Shown in pieces: positions 38,301 to 46,126 of a stretch of DNA of 64,000 nt. Where the stretch lies: assembly GCA_937973685.1 (NCBI GenBank), contig CALJKJ010000042.1:1551-65550 (forward strand). Direction: 5' to 3'. A program made the position numbers and the translations under genes. Each line of letters begins with the position of its first letter. Position 1 is the first letter of the stretch. Source of the stretch: an uncultured Flavobacteriales bacterium (GTDB lineage Bacteria > Bacteroidota > Bacteroidia > Flavobacteriales_D > Crocinitomicaceae). The notes under the pieces were generated by a model. It was not told where the DNA came from and made no database searches. It saw nothing but the letters and a program-made list of their open reading frames with translations.

Positions 38301-39747
38301 GACCGCTGATTCCATCTGTTGAAAATTCCCCAACCTGATAGGTCGTTCCTCGATACGTATATTCGTAAGCAACTGCTAAAACCTCGTCATTATTAAGAGG
38401 TTGATTCAACGAAATAAACCCTAAAAGTGCATTGTATGAATATTCAGACTCACTTAATTTTCGTGCATTTTCAACTTTCTCATAATGAATTGCTTGTTGA
38501 AATGGCCCAGGAGTTGCTGTCTGTGTACTCAAAGTAGCTACAGCTCCACTAAATCCGCGAATTGCAGAATTATTTTGCGCCCAATTATACAAGCCATTTG
38601 CATCGTTATCTGGAAAAGAAACGGGATTATACGTTCCTGGATTTCCTTGACAATTTGCTGCATTTGCCTCACCTAAATCAGAAAACGCAATAATATTTCG
38701 CGCATTTTCAGTACTATTAACTCGGTTTGTTACCCAAACTTCCATCCGTGTAATACTCGTTTCCGATGCAACATTTGGCAATTGTGCCATGGAGGAATTA
38801 TAGGTATTATTGAAATATAGATTCAAAAAATAATGGCGATTCGCTTCGTAATTATCTGCAGAAAACTCAAATGGCTGCACCTGTGCTTTCCCTGTGATAT
38901 TAATTTCTGTTCGCTTACCTTTTGCAGAAGCACCAATCGCATCTATTGTCAAATTTCCAAATCGCATTTTGGTATACGCCCCGAACAACGTTTGAGAACC
39001 AGGAATCAACGATCCAAAAGATGGAAAACTTACATTTCCTAATTCAATCCGTTGTAAAATCTGATCTTCATCTCCAGAATATCCCAATTTGGTTATATTG
39101 TCAAAATCAAAAGCTGCTTGGGTATTATACGATGTGTTTAATTTTAATTTGGTTCCTATTTGCCCAACCAAATTCATTTGAATTTGTTGTTGGAAATCAA
39201 ATCGTGTGATTTTTCGTTGACGAACCGGTAACATTGGATTGTCATAACGAGATGAATTTACTCCAAATGACAACTCAACTGATCCTTGCGGTCGAATAGT
39301 AATTTCATCTGATCCAAAGAAATTTTCAAAAGTTTTGGAAGGGATTTTGATTGGAAACTCTAGAGCTCTACTTTGTGCCGTTTGTTGATCAATTTTATCT
39401 TTCCAATTTTCTTTTAATGCTTTTTTGCGCTCGTATTCCAAGTATTCTTCCAAAGTCATCATGGAAGGATTTCGATACATCAGATTCGATTTTCCAATTG
39501 ATTCCTTGAAAATATAAGTGCCTGTTGCTGGATCATAAACAATCGTTTGTTGAACCGATGACGGATCTCCTAAATCGAAACTTTGCGGTGTCGTTTGGGT
39601 TGGATCAAGTGGGTTTGTTATCGGAAAAGGAAGTTGTACATTCCCAGTATCCGGCTGTGACCAAGATATATTCACTAAAAAGCAAGAAACAACTGTCAAA
39701 AACAGTTGCCCTAACAAATTCCCGTAAATCTTCTCTTCCTGTTTCAA
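32395..39747 (-). CDS. sprA: T9SS outer-membrane translocon SprA/Sov
   Basis: 2450 aa; IRPQGSVEL, YEVGEFS-like YQVGEFS, WDLMMKNVY, DDFEG, RFMRMY, WLNELRL, C-terminal LRFNLG; maeB-ruvA-sprA gene order. Confidence 0.96.
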   Translation of the reverse strand: MKQEEKIYGNLLGQLFLTVVSCFLVNISWSQPDTGNVQLPFPITNPLDPTQTTPQSFDLGDPSSVQQTIVYDPATGTYIFKESIGKSNLMYRNPSMMTLEEYLEYERKKALKENWKDKIDQQTAQSRALEFPIKIPSKTFENFFGSDEITIRPQGSVELSFGVNSSRYDNPMLPVRQRKITRFDFQQQIQMNLVGQIGTKLKLNTSYNTQAAFDFDNITKLGYSGDEDQILQRIELGNVSFPSFGSLIPGSQTLFGAYTKMRFGNLTIDAIGASAKGKRTEINITGKAQVQPFEFSADNYEANRHYFLNLYFNNTYNSSMAQLPNVASETSITRMEVWVTNRVNSTENARNIIAFSDLGEANAANCQGNPGTYNPVSFPDNDANGLYNWAQNNSAIRGFSGAVATLSTQTATPGPFQQAIHYEKVENARKLSESEYSYNALLGFISLNQPLNNDEVLAVAYEYTYRGTTYQVGEFSTDGISGQDALILKLIKPTITNPTLKIWDLMMKNVYSMGAYQVDKNGFRLNVFYNDPNTSVLAPIFPNDLLGTDQLITILDMDRYNVNNQAFSDGTFDFVPVIYNGQRAETGGTINTKNGRVFFSTIEPFGQTLKTKMQTAGVPDLIIDRTAYTELYDSTKTAAQQIPSKNRFVIKGEYQSSVSSDIPLNALNVPEGAVKVTAGGIALKEGVDYTVDYNLGRVKILNSGILESNTPIKISIESNSVFGFQSKSMLGTHANYRFNKDFNIGATWLRMMERPVTQKVDIGSEPYKNNVIGFDINYRSELPFVTKLVDLLPVISTKEKSFITFKGEFAHLIPGTPKAISKVGISYVDDFEGSQSTIDLRTQNAWKIASTPQGQNNLFPEGELKTLANGYKRSRIAWYTVDNLFYASNGYTPQHIIDNPEMLSDSRMRLVSQTDIFPNTQLTYGAIPILPILDVAYYPAERGMYNYDTTGVDIEGLFTNPRDRWGGIQRSLSTNDFEQANVEYIQFWLLDPFNSDAEAQNPNSSHSGGDLYFNLGNISEDVLADSRKSIESGIPPFAGANFPVDYTPWAKVADQQIVVNAFDLEPTSLVKQDVGLDGYNNQEEVTAYAQYVNWVQNSNLSAAAKARMIADPSTDDYNFYRDDVYDQQELNILQRYKKYNGLQGNSAPQEVADTLNADKYATRANQLPDNEDINSDNNLSESEAYFQYKVSLTPQEMAVGKNFITSVVTFQPEGSTKVEKWYQFKIPLRTPERVVNGIRDFRSIRFMRMYLKGFDEEVLLRFAKLEFIRGEWRQYLHDLTQPGENIQVDPNLTLFNIGAINFEENAEKLPIGYKIPPGITREIDPSQPVQRQMNEQSLTLDVCGLQDGDARAAYRNVQFDVRTYKKLKMFVHGEEKVNNTMADKDLTVFVRLGTDFTDNYYEYEMPLYLTPHSASSPEAVWPEANNMEIVFQDLLNLKMKRNQLIGQSGSSVSTNVEYFITDPANPDRRIKVKGSPNLQGIRTIMIGVRNPSKSAQTPWNDDGLAKCAQVWLNELRLSDFVDDGGSAAVAQMQLQAADFANVTMSGNYSGVNWGAVDSRVQERQRNQKIGFDFQSTVQLGQFFGSRAKVTVPFFYGYSVGVINPEYDPFNPDIRLNQYDSDSRRSVARISQDFTERRSYNFQGVRKELGAGKKAHMYSISNWTAGYSYGENFHRDFNTKYDRVKTWKGNLAYAYTFTTKPLEPFKKVKFMQDKPWWAIVRDMNLSLTPKTISFTNDVMRNYNERQVRNTIDTNSSFEFTPVYVKNFNWNRTYKVGWDFTKNLKTTFNATSRAIFDEGNGAVDRKNDPESYRVFKDTVWNQMRTLGKTMDYTHDYSLSYNVPFDKIPIVNWVTGNVKYAGTYNWQRAPLGQESYGNVMQNSRTVNAQLQMNFTNFYNKVPLFKKINGDGKSGRAKAADSKLGTDSKQEDKPKDANKPKQKAELKPPKPVEEMTKKELRQWERKKRQFDREQKRKERLEKKLNPVVGFIGRLVMSVRTVSATYAQTDGTLLPGYNQETSILGYNPNFSQGLGGFLFGQQSYSVSGQQTGYNFARTAADNGWLTTNPAINRQHALTHNQIFNARATLEPFKDFTIDLSMNKTLTQNTSDFFRFNPLTNVFESQSSMQTSSLTYSTISIGSAFEKLSSKDNYYSPNFNYLRDHTKEVSAYLGAQNANSIGIINGYANGYGQTQQEVLIGSFLSAFTNKKVNDRSINPFNSAPLPNWTVNYNGLSKFEFMKKYVKNFVVRHAYSSSVSMSGVMSNLNAVSDANGHATARDLNDNFISFNNVQNITISERFSPLIGLDATWTIKNQGLITKFEIKRDRSSTLSLNNNQLTEVLGNEIVIGTGYKFAKVRFPFKINNRKVENPLNFRFDFTFRDNVTVIRRVIEGTNQATAGQKVVSIKTSLDYNLGTNLTLQFYYDQVITTPKIGTSYPTGNLSTGFKLRFNLGGL

Positions 39748-39752
39748 TGCTC

Positions 39753-40331
39753 TTATAATATTTTTAACGCTCCTTTGATGAGAACTTCAACAGTTTCATC
39801 GCCAGTTGCAATTTTTTCAATTGCTTTTTCAGCTGCTTTTTTATCAAAACCTAATGATATTAATGCTGTTAACGCATCAAATCGATTTGTATTGTGGCCA
39901 TTGAAAATATTTGCATTTCCAGACCACTCCATTTTAATCATTTTGTCTTTCAAATCTATGATAACACGTTGGGCTGTTTTTGCTCCAATCCCTTTAATGG
40001 ATTGAATGGTCATCACATCATCTGTTTGAATCGCTTGAGCAATGTCAACAGGTTGTAACGATGACAACATCAAAATGGCCGTATTCGGACCTATACCAGA
40101 AACACTCAATAATAAATTGAATATGTCGCGTTCTTCCGTAGTAGCAAATCCAAACAACAGGTGCGCATCTTCGCGAATGATTTGTTGCGTGTATAATTTC
40201 AATTGTTCCTCTGAACCTAATGCAGAAAATGTATTCAATGAAATTTTCACAAAATAACCTACTCCGCCACACTCAATAATGACATTTGTAGGATTTTTTT
40301 CGACTAATCTTCCGTTTAGATGTGCAATCAT
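39753..40331 (-). CDS. ruvA: Holliday junction DNA helicase subunit RuvA
   Basis: IECGGVGY, IREDAHLLFGF, VSGIGP, KGIGAKTAQR, ALISLGF. Confidence 0.97.
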   Translation of the reverse strand: MIAHLNGRLVEKNPTNVIIECGGVGYFVKISLNTFSALGSEEQLKLYTQQIIREDAHLLFGFATTEERDIFNLLLSVSGIGPNTAILMLSSLQPVDIAQAIQTDDVMTIQSIKGIGAKTAQRVIIDLKDKMIKMEWSGNANIFNGHNTNRFDALTALISLGFDKKAAEKAIEKIATGDETVEVLIKGALKIL

Positions 40332-40334
40332 AGC

Positions 40335-42599
40335 TTATTTTGTTTGTGCATCAACCACAGCAACTTTTACCATATTTACTATTTCGCGCACTGATGAACC
40401 CATTTGAAGTACGTGAATTGATTTTTTCAATCCAACTAAAATTGGACCAATCGCATCGCCTTCTGTTATTTCTTGCAATAACTTATAAGCAATATTACCT
40501 GCTGATAAATTAGGGAAAATCAATGTATTTACTTGTTTATTTGCCAAATGTGAAAACGAGAACTTCTCATTCATCAATTCTTGGTTCAATGCGAAATTTG
40601 CTTGTAATTCCCCGTCTACACACAATGCAGGATGTTTTTCATGCAAAATCTTAACAGCATCACCCATTTTCTGAGCATCTTCACCTGGAGCTGAACCAAA
40701 GTTAGAATAGCTCAATAATGCAATTTTCGGAACAACCTTTAATTTCTTAAGCATTTTAGCGACATTCGCAGTTATCTCAGCAATTTGTTCAGCGCTTGGA
40801 TTTTTATTTATCGTTGTGTCAGCCAAGAACATTGGTCCACGCTTGGTCATTAAGATATATAACCCAGCAACTGTATTTACATCTTTTTCTAATCCAACTG
40901 TTTGAATAGCAGGTCGGACAACATCACGGTAATTCCGAGTTAAGCCAGAAATCATTGCATCTGCATCACCTGTTTCAACCATCATCGCTGCAAAGTGATT
41001 CCGTTCGCGCATGATTTGAATTGCTTCAAACTCAGTAACACCTTTTCGTTTTCTTTTTTCAAAAAACACATTTCCATATGCTTGTCTGCGTTCTTTTTCA
41101 GTGTCTGACTTTGGATCAATAATTTCAAGATTTGGAATTTCTATGTTATATTCTTCAATCAAACTTTCAATTACTTCACGTCTGCCCAATAAAATTGGCG
41201 TACAAACACCTTCTTCCGTGACCGTTTGGGCGGCTTTTAATATTTTTAAATGATCAGCTTCAGCAAATACAACACGTTTTGGATTCTGTTGCGCTTTTGA
41301 AGTCATTTGTCGGACAAGTTTGTTGTCAAGTCCCAAACGCTTCTTTAATTCAGTTTCATATGCTTCCCAGTTTTCAATCGGATTTTTAGCAACACCCGAT
41401 TCCATTGCTGCACGAGCAACTGCAGGAGCTACATAATAAATCAAACGTGGGTCGAGAGGCTTTGGAATAATTTGATCGCGGCCAAATGAAATATGTTTTT
41501 CACCATAAGCCTCAATAACTTCATCAGGAATTGTTTCTTTTGCAAGATTAGCAATGGCTTTCACAGCTGCCAATTTCATTTCCTCGTTGATACACGTTGC
41601 ACGCACATCCAAAGCACCTCTAAATATGTAGGGAAATCCAAGTACATTATTCACTTGGTTAGGATGGTCCGATCGACCTGTTGCCATGATGATATCACCA
41701 CGAACAGCCATTGCATCTTTGTACGAAATTTCAGGTTCAGGATTAGCCAAAGCAAAAACAATTGGTGATTCCGCCATCGCTGCAATCATCTCTTTAGATA
41801 CTAAATTTCCTTTTGACAATCCTAAAAAGACATCAGCATTTTTGAATGAATCTTCCAAAGAAATATCAGTTTGATGAACAGCATATACTTGTTTCATCTC
41901 ATCTAAATCAGTTCGGTGCGCATGAATTAGTCCTTTGCTGTCGAACATGAAAATATTTGGCAATTGTGCGCCCAACGCAACATACAAGTTAACGCATGAA
42001 ATTGCTGCTGCACCCGCACCAGAAATAACTATTTTAATGTCTTCAATTCTCTTTTCAGCAAGTTCCAACGCATTTAACAAGGCAGCAGATGAAATGATTG
42101 CTGTTCCGTGTTGGTCGTCATGCATGATGGGAATATCCAACTCAGCTTTTAACCTTCTTTCTATTTCAAAAGCTTCTGGAGCTTTGATATCTTCTAAATT
42201 AATTCCTCCAAAAGTTGGCGCTATTGCTTTAACAGTTTGAATAAATAATTCAGGGTCTTTTGCATCAACTTCAATGTCAAAAACATCTATATCGGCAAAA
42301 ATTTTGAAGAGCAAACCTTTCCCCTCCATTACTGGTTTTGATGCAAGCGGTCCGATATCTCCTAAGCCTAAAACAGCTGTTCCATTTGAAATTACTGCAA
42401 CTAAATTTGCTTTTGCAGTGTATTTGTAAACATCATCTGGAGTTTCTGCTATTTTCAAACAAGGTTCAGCAACTCCTGGAGAGTAAGCCAAAGACAGGTC
42501 TCTTTGTGAAGCATACGGTTTCGTAGGTATAACTTCAATTTTACCAGGTCTACCAGATGCATGATAATCGAGCGCGTCTTGTTTACGTATTTTTGCCAT
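40335..42599 (-). CDS. maeB: NADP-dependent malic enzyme with C-terminal PTA-like domain
   Basis: AYSPGVA, VISNGTAVLGLG, INLEDIK, HDDQHGTA, NQVNNVLGFP, followed by a PTA domain (NLSAGNIAYKLL). Confidence 0.96.
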   Translation of the reverse strand: MAKIRKQDALDYHASGRPGKIEVIPTKPYASQRDLSLAYSPGVAEPCLKIAETPDDVYKYTAKANLVAVISNGTAVLGLGDIGPLASKPVMEGKGLLFKIFADIDVFDIEVDAKDPELFIQTVKAIAPTFGGINLEDIKAPEAFEIERRLKAELDIPIMHDDQHGTAIISSAALLNALELAEKRIEDIKIVISGAGAAAISCVNLYVALGAQLPNIFMFDSKGLIHAHRTDLDEMKQVYAVHQTDISLEDSFKNADVFLGLSKGNLVSKEMIAAMAESPIVFALANPEPEISYKDAMAVRGDIIMATGRSDHPNQVNNVLGFPYIFRGALDVRATCINEEMKLAAVKAIANLAKETIPDEVIEAYGEKHISFGRDQIIPKPLDPRLIYYVAPAVARAAMESGVAKNPIENWEAYETELKKRLGLDNKLVRQMTSKAQQNPKRVVFAEADHLKILKAAQTVTEEGVCTPILLGRREVIESLIEEYNIEIPNLEIIDPKSDTEKERRQAYGNVFFEKRKRKGVTEFEAIQIMRERNHFAAMMVETGDADAMISGLTRNYRDVVRPAIQTVGLEKDVNTVAGLYILMTKRGPMFLADTTINKNPSAEQIAEITANVAKMLKKLKVVPKIALLSYSNFGSAPGEDAQKMGDAVKILHEKHPALCVDGELQANFALNQELMNEKFSFSHLANKQVNTLIFPNLSAGNIAYKLLQEITEGDAIGPILVGLKKSIHVLQMGSSVREIVNMVKVAVVDAQTK

Positions 42600-42667
42600 A
42601 GTGCCGTTTTTGTAGGATGGTAAAGTTAATAAAACTATGGCGAATATGAAGAAAAGTATGGATAATA

Positions 42668-42700
42668 AAAAAGCCCGAAAGAAAAATCTTTCGGGCTTTC
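42668..42700. terminator. Intrinsic terminator downstream of the Omp28-CTD gene
   Basis: AAAGCCCGAAAG...CTTCGGGCTTT-like stem preceded by an A run (U run on the minus strand). Confidence 0.8.
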
Positions 42701-42717
42701 AATGTATTAGAACAAGC

Positions 42718-44514
42718 TTATTTCACAATTAAATTTTGTGTGTAAGTTGCACCATTGTTTAAGATTGAAACTAAGTAGTTACCAGCTTTCAATTCAGCAA
42801 CTGGTAAAGTAACAGTCGTTTTACCTGAAGCATTGTTTACATTTTCTGTAACAACTCGACGTCCAGCTAAATCTGTAATAGTTACGATGTAATCACCACC
42901 TTGTGCATCGAAGTTAACATTTACTAAACCACTTGTAGCAGGATTAGGGAAAACTTCCATAGCGATCGCTGCAGTAACTTCGTTAATAGAAGCAGTTGCG
43001 CTAGCTTTCATTTTATCAAACATAAATTTACCAGTAGCAAAAGTAGGGACACCTGCAACAGCTGTTCCGTTTACTTGGATTTCAATGTTTCCATCGCCGT
43101 AACCAGAATCATATCCATCACCATAAGCATCGTTTACTTCTAATGTATAACATTCGTTAGCAGATAAGTTAAAATTAACATCCGCTTGAACGATTGCACC
43201 ATTTGCAGCGCCATCAGTGTAAGGACCACCAGAAGCTACTGTTGTTCCAGCACCATTTTTAACAGCCCAAGTTGTCTCAGAACCGTAACGGTCAGTTGTA
43301 ACTTTTACAGTTGCAGCTGTTCCATTTGCGACAGTTGCAATATCAATTGCTTTCGTAGCTGATGCTGTTGCACCAATACCACTTGTACCACCATTTACAC
43401 CAGTAATTGTAACAACTACTGAATTTGTACCTTGCGGTGTAAATGCAACGGCAGGAATTTGAATTTCAGCTGAACCAAATTGTGCAATTGGTGTTGAATA
43501 AGTATAAGCAACTGGAGTACCACCATTTACTGAAGTAGAAAAGTTAACTGAAGTAATTGCAGCACCTGAATTTGAAACTCTTACTTTAGGAGCAACTGAT
43601 TCACCTGCACAAAGATTCAACGTATTTGTAATACCCATGTTAGTTAAAGTTGCAACTGGAACATTTGTATAAGTAGGACTTACTTGTGCACCTGTGAAAA
43701 CTTCACTAGTTGTAACAGCATTATGTCCTTGGTGGACTACAGCAAAAAACTCTAATTGACCAATTTCCAATGTTGTTCCAGCAATAGAAGCAGGTAATGT
43801 ATACGTATACGTTTTAGTAATTACACCTGTTGATGAAGCATCAATTGATTCTCCCCAAGTTCCTCCAGTATTGATAAATCCACGGAAAATGTGTTGGTGT
43901 AAATAATTACCATTTGGTAAAATCGCAGCAGTATTGTAAGGACCGTAATTTGATTGAGGACCCTCAAAATTGTTTTGTAAGATACCTACATTTAAAAAAT
44001 GATTTGTACCTGCAGCAAAAGGTGAAGTGTAAAACGCTTCAACTGTAACTGTAACAACTCGCGTTGCTGCATCAATTGTTGCATTCATTGCTAAGTTTAC
44101 TGGAGATGGCTCTGCAAGAACAGTTGTTGCTTGGGCAGCCCAGTTACCACGACCTGTAGAAATACGTGTCATGTCAGATGAATGAGGTCTTCTTTGAACT
44201 GATCCTGCTGGGTAACCAGTTGGATTAAAAAATGTATTCAATGTTGTCCCATCAGTAGTTCTTAAATCTGGCTCACCAGTACCTGGAGTAGCATAAGAAC
44301 CCGCGTGAATGTTTACTAAAACAACACGCCCTGGATTAGCAGCAGCAATATCATTTGCACGTTTGTGTCCATCTGGACAATATCCACAGTGGATACCTGT
44401 TAATTCCTCTAAAACAACATTTTTGTTTAATGGAGTTTGAGAAACAGGGGTGTTCTGTGCGTTTACAACAAATAGTGATAAACAACTAGAAACAAAAAGT
44501 ACTATTTTTTTCAT
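42718..44514 (-). CDS. Secreted Omp28/HBP35-like thioredoxin-fold protein with Ig-like domains and T9SS type-A CTD
   Basis: Signal peptide; VVLEELTGIHCGYCPDG; HQHIFRG; TTDRYGSETTW domain; C-terminal VFPNP...GNYLVS...LIVK. Confidence 0.85.
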   Translation of the reverse strand: MKKIVLFVSSCLSLFVVNAQNTPVSQTPLNKNVVLEELTGIHCGYCPDGHKRANDIAAANPGRVVLVNIHAGSYATPGTGEPDLRTTDGTTLNTFFNPTGYPAGSVQRRPHSSDMTRISTGRGNWAAQATTVLAEPSPVNLAMNATIDAATRVVTVTVEAFYTSPFAAGTNHFLNVGILQNNFEGPQSNYGPYNTAAILPNGNYLHQHIFRGFINTGGTWGESIDASSTGVITKTYTYTLPASIAGTTLEIGQLEFFAVVHQGHNAVTTSEVFTGAQVSPTYTNVPVATLTNMGITNTLNLCAGESVAPKVRVSNSGAAITSVNFSTSVNGGTPVAYTYSTPIAQFGSAEIQIPAVAFTPQGTNSVVVTITGVNGGTSGIGATASATKAIDIATVANGTAATVKVTTDRYGSETTWAVKNGAGTTVASGGPYTDGAANGAIVQADVNFNLSANECYTLEVNDAYGDGYDSGYGDGNIEIQVNGTAVAGVPTFATGKFMFDKMKASATASINEVTAAIAMEVFPNPATSGLVNVNFDAQGGDYIVTITDLAGRRVVTENVNNASGKTTVTLPVAELKAGNYLVSILNNGATYTQNLIVK

Positions 44515-44625
44515 GGTTTAATTTTAGAATAGTCAAATATAACATTGATTATTGACCAATGCAAATATCTGTTGCTTTTTTTAATGAATTATGCTAATTC
44601 GCACAAAACTAAAAGTTTAGCACAT

Positions 44626-44651
44626 AAAAAAAGGAGCTGTAAGCTCCTTTA
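44626..44651. terminator. Intrinsic terminator between the two T9SS cargo genes
   Basis: AAAGGAGC-tgtaa-GCTCCTTT with a flanking A run. Confidence 0.8.
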
Positions 44652-44672
44652 ATAACTATGTTTTGAAATAAA

Positions 44673-45428
44673 TTAGTGTTTTATAACAATGCGTTTTGTT
44701 TGAATAGCAACACCTTTTTCAATGATTGAAACGATATAAACGCCATTTTTCAATTCTGAAACATCAACTTTTTTTGTTTTTGTTGCTGTTTCATCGTAAA
44801 TTATTTTACCCAAAACGTCAACAATTCGAATATCAAATTTATCAAGCCCTTCAGCATTTATTGTTAAAACTGATGAAACCGGGTTTGGATAAACAGAAAT
44901 TGAAACTGGTTCTTTTTCATCAATTGAAGCACACGAAAAGATGACACGTACATCAACCGAGTCAAGGTATGCCCCTCCTTCTTCGTGAACATAATACCTG
45001 TATGTAGCAGTGCCACAATTTTGAGCTACATAATGAATTGCAGCTGAACCAGATTGACCTACTGGAAGTCCTGAAACAGGATTGAATTGACTATCAAAAA
45101 TAGTTAATGGATCAGGAGTAGTCCAATTAATTGCTGCACTTGACGAATAACATTGACCTGCTTCACCTTCGATTCCCCAGCAAATATAATCTTCCCAATT
45201 AGAAGGTATAACTGTTAAGTGTTTACGCGTTATTTTCCAAGATTTATCTGTAGTTCCTATATTTTTAAACAACAACTCAATGTTTGAATCACCGTTTGAA
45301 GTAACTACATGAACAAGTTGCGTCCCGTTTAAAATAGTCGTGTTACCCAGTTTCGTAATTTCAACTTGTGAATGTCCAAATCGTGCAATTGCAACAATCA
45401 CTGCAAATAAAAGTATTAGTTGTTTCAT
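44673..45428 (-). CDS. Small T9SS type-A cargo protein of unknown function
   Basis: Signal peptide, an Ig-like domain with ICWG...QCY, then SVYPNP...GVYIV...KRIVIKH. Confidence 0.8.
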   Translation of the reverse strand: MKQLILLFAVIVAIARFGHSQVEITKLGNTTILNGTQLVHVVTSNGDSNIELLFKNIGTTDKSWKITRKHLTVIPSNWEDYICWGIEGEAGQCYSSSAAINWTTPDPLTIFDSQFNPVSGLPVGQSGSAAIHYVAQNCGTATYRYYVHEEGGAYLDSVDVRVIFSCASIDEKEPVSISVYPNPVSSVLTINAEGLDKFDIRIVDVLGKIIYDETATKTKKVDVSELKNGVYIVSIIEKGVAIQTKRIVIKH

Positions 45429-45623
45429 TCTTTTGTGTTTCCAACAAATTTAATAAAAAAATGTATTCACACTTGCCTAAATTGTTGAAATACGTTAAAA
45501 AAGAAAAAAAGGTATATTGATTTAGTTGTTATTATTTTTCAAAATAGTGCTAAAACATCAACATTTGAATGTATCTTTGATTTACGGCATGAAAATTGAA
45601 ATGCTAACAATAAAATTTGAAAC

Positions 45624-46121
45624 ATGAAAAAAATTGCACTTTTAGTAGTTTGTTTGTCAGTGATGTCAAGCATTTTCTCCCAAAACGATGGTAAAAAAGT
45701 TCCTGCTATTCAACTTACAGACTTGAATGGAAAACCAGTTAATACTGCGAAACTTTTTGAAAATGGTCCAATTGTAATTTCTTTTTGGGCAACTTGGTGC
45801 GCTCCTTGTAAACGTGAACTAAACACTATTCACGAGGAATACGAAGAATGGCAAAAAGAAACAGGTATTACTATCGTTGCTGTTTCTATTGACGATGAAA
45901 AAACAAAAGCACAAGTTCCATTATATGTAAATGGAAAAGGTTGGGAATATGTTGTCTTACTAGATCCAAACTGGGATTTCAAACGTGCAATGGGCGTTGG
46001 AAATGTTCCACATACATTTTTAATAGATGCTGAAGGGAATATCGTTTACTCACACACAGGATACTCTGAAGGTGACGAAGAAAAATTATTGGAAGAAATA
46101 AAAATGTTGAAAAACAGATAA
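45624..46121 (+). CDS. TlpA-family thiol-disulfide reductase, exported
   Basis: SPI-type signal, FWATWCAPC, VAVSID, VPHTFLID. Confidence 0.9.
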   Translation: MKKIALLVVCLSVMSSIFSQNDGKKVPAIQLTDLNGKPVNTAKLFENGPIVISFWATWCAPCKRELNTIHEEYEEWQKETGITIVAVSIDDEKTKAQVPLYVNGKGWEYVVLLDPNWDFKRAMGVGNVPHTFLIDAEGNIVYSHTGYSEGDEEKLLEEIKMLKNR

Positions 46122-46126
46122 GCCGT

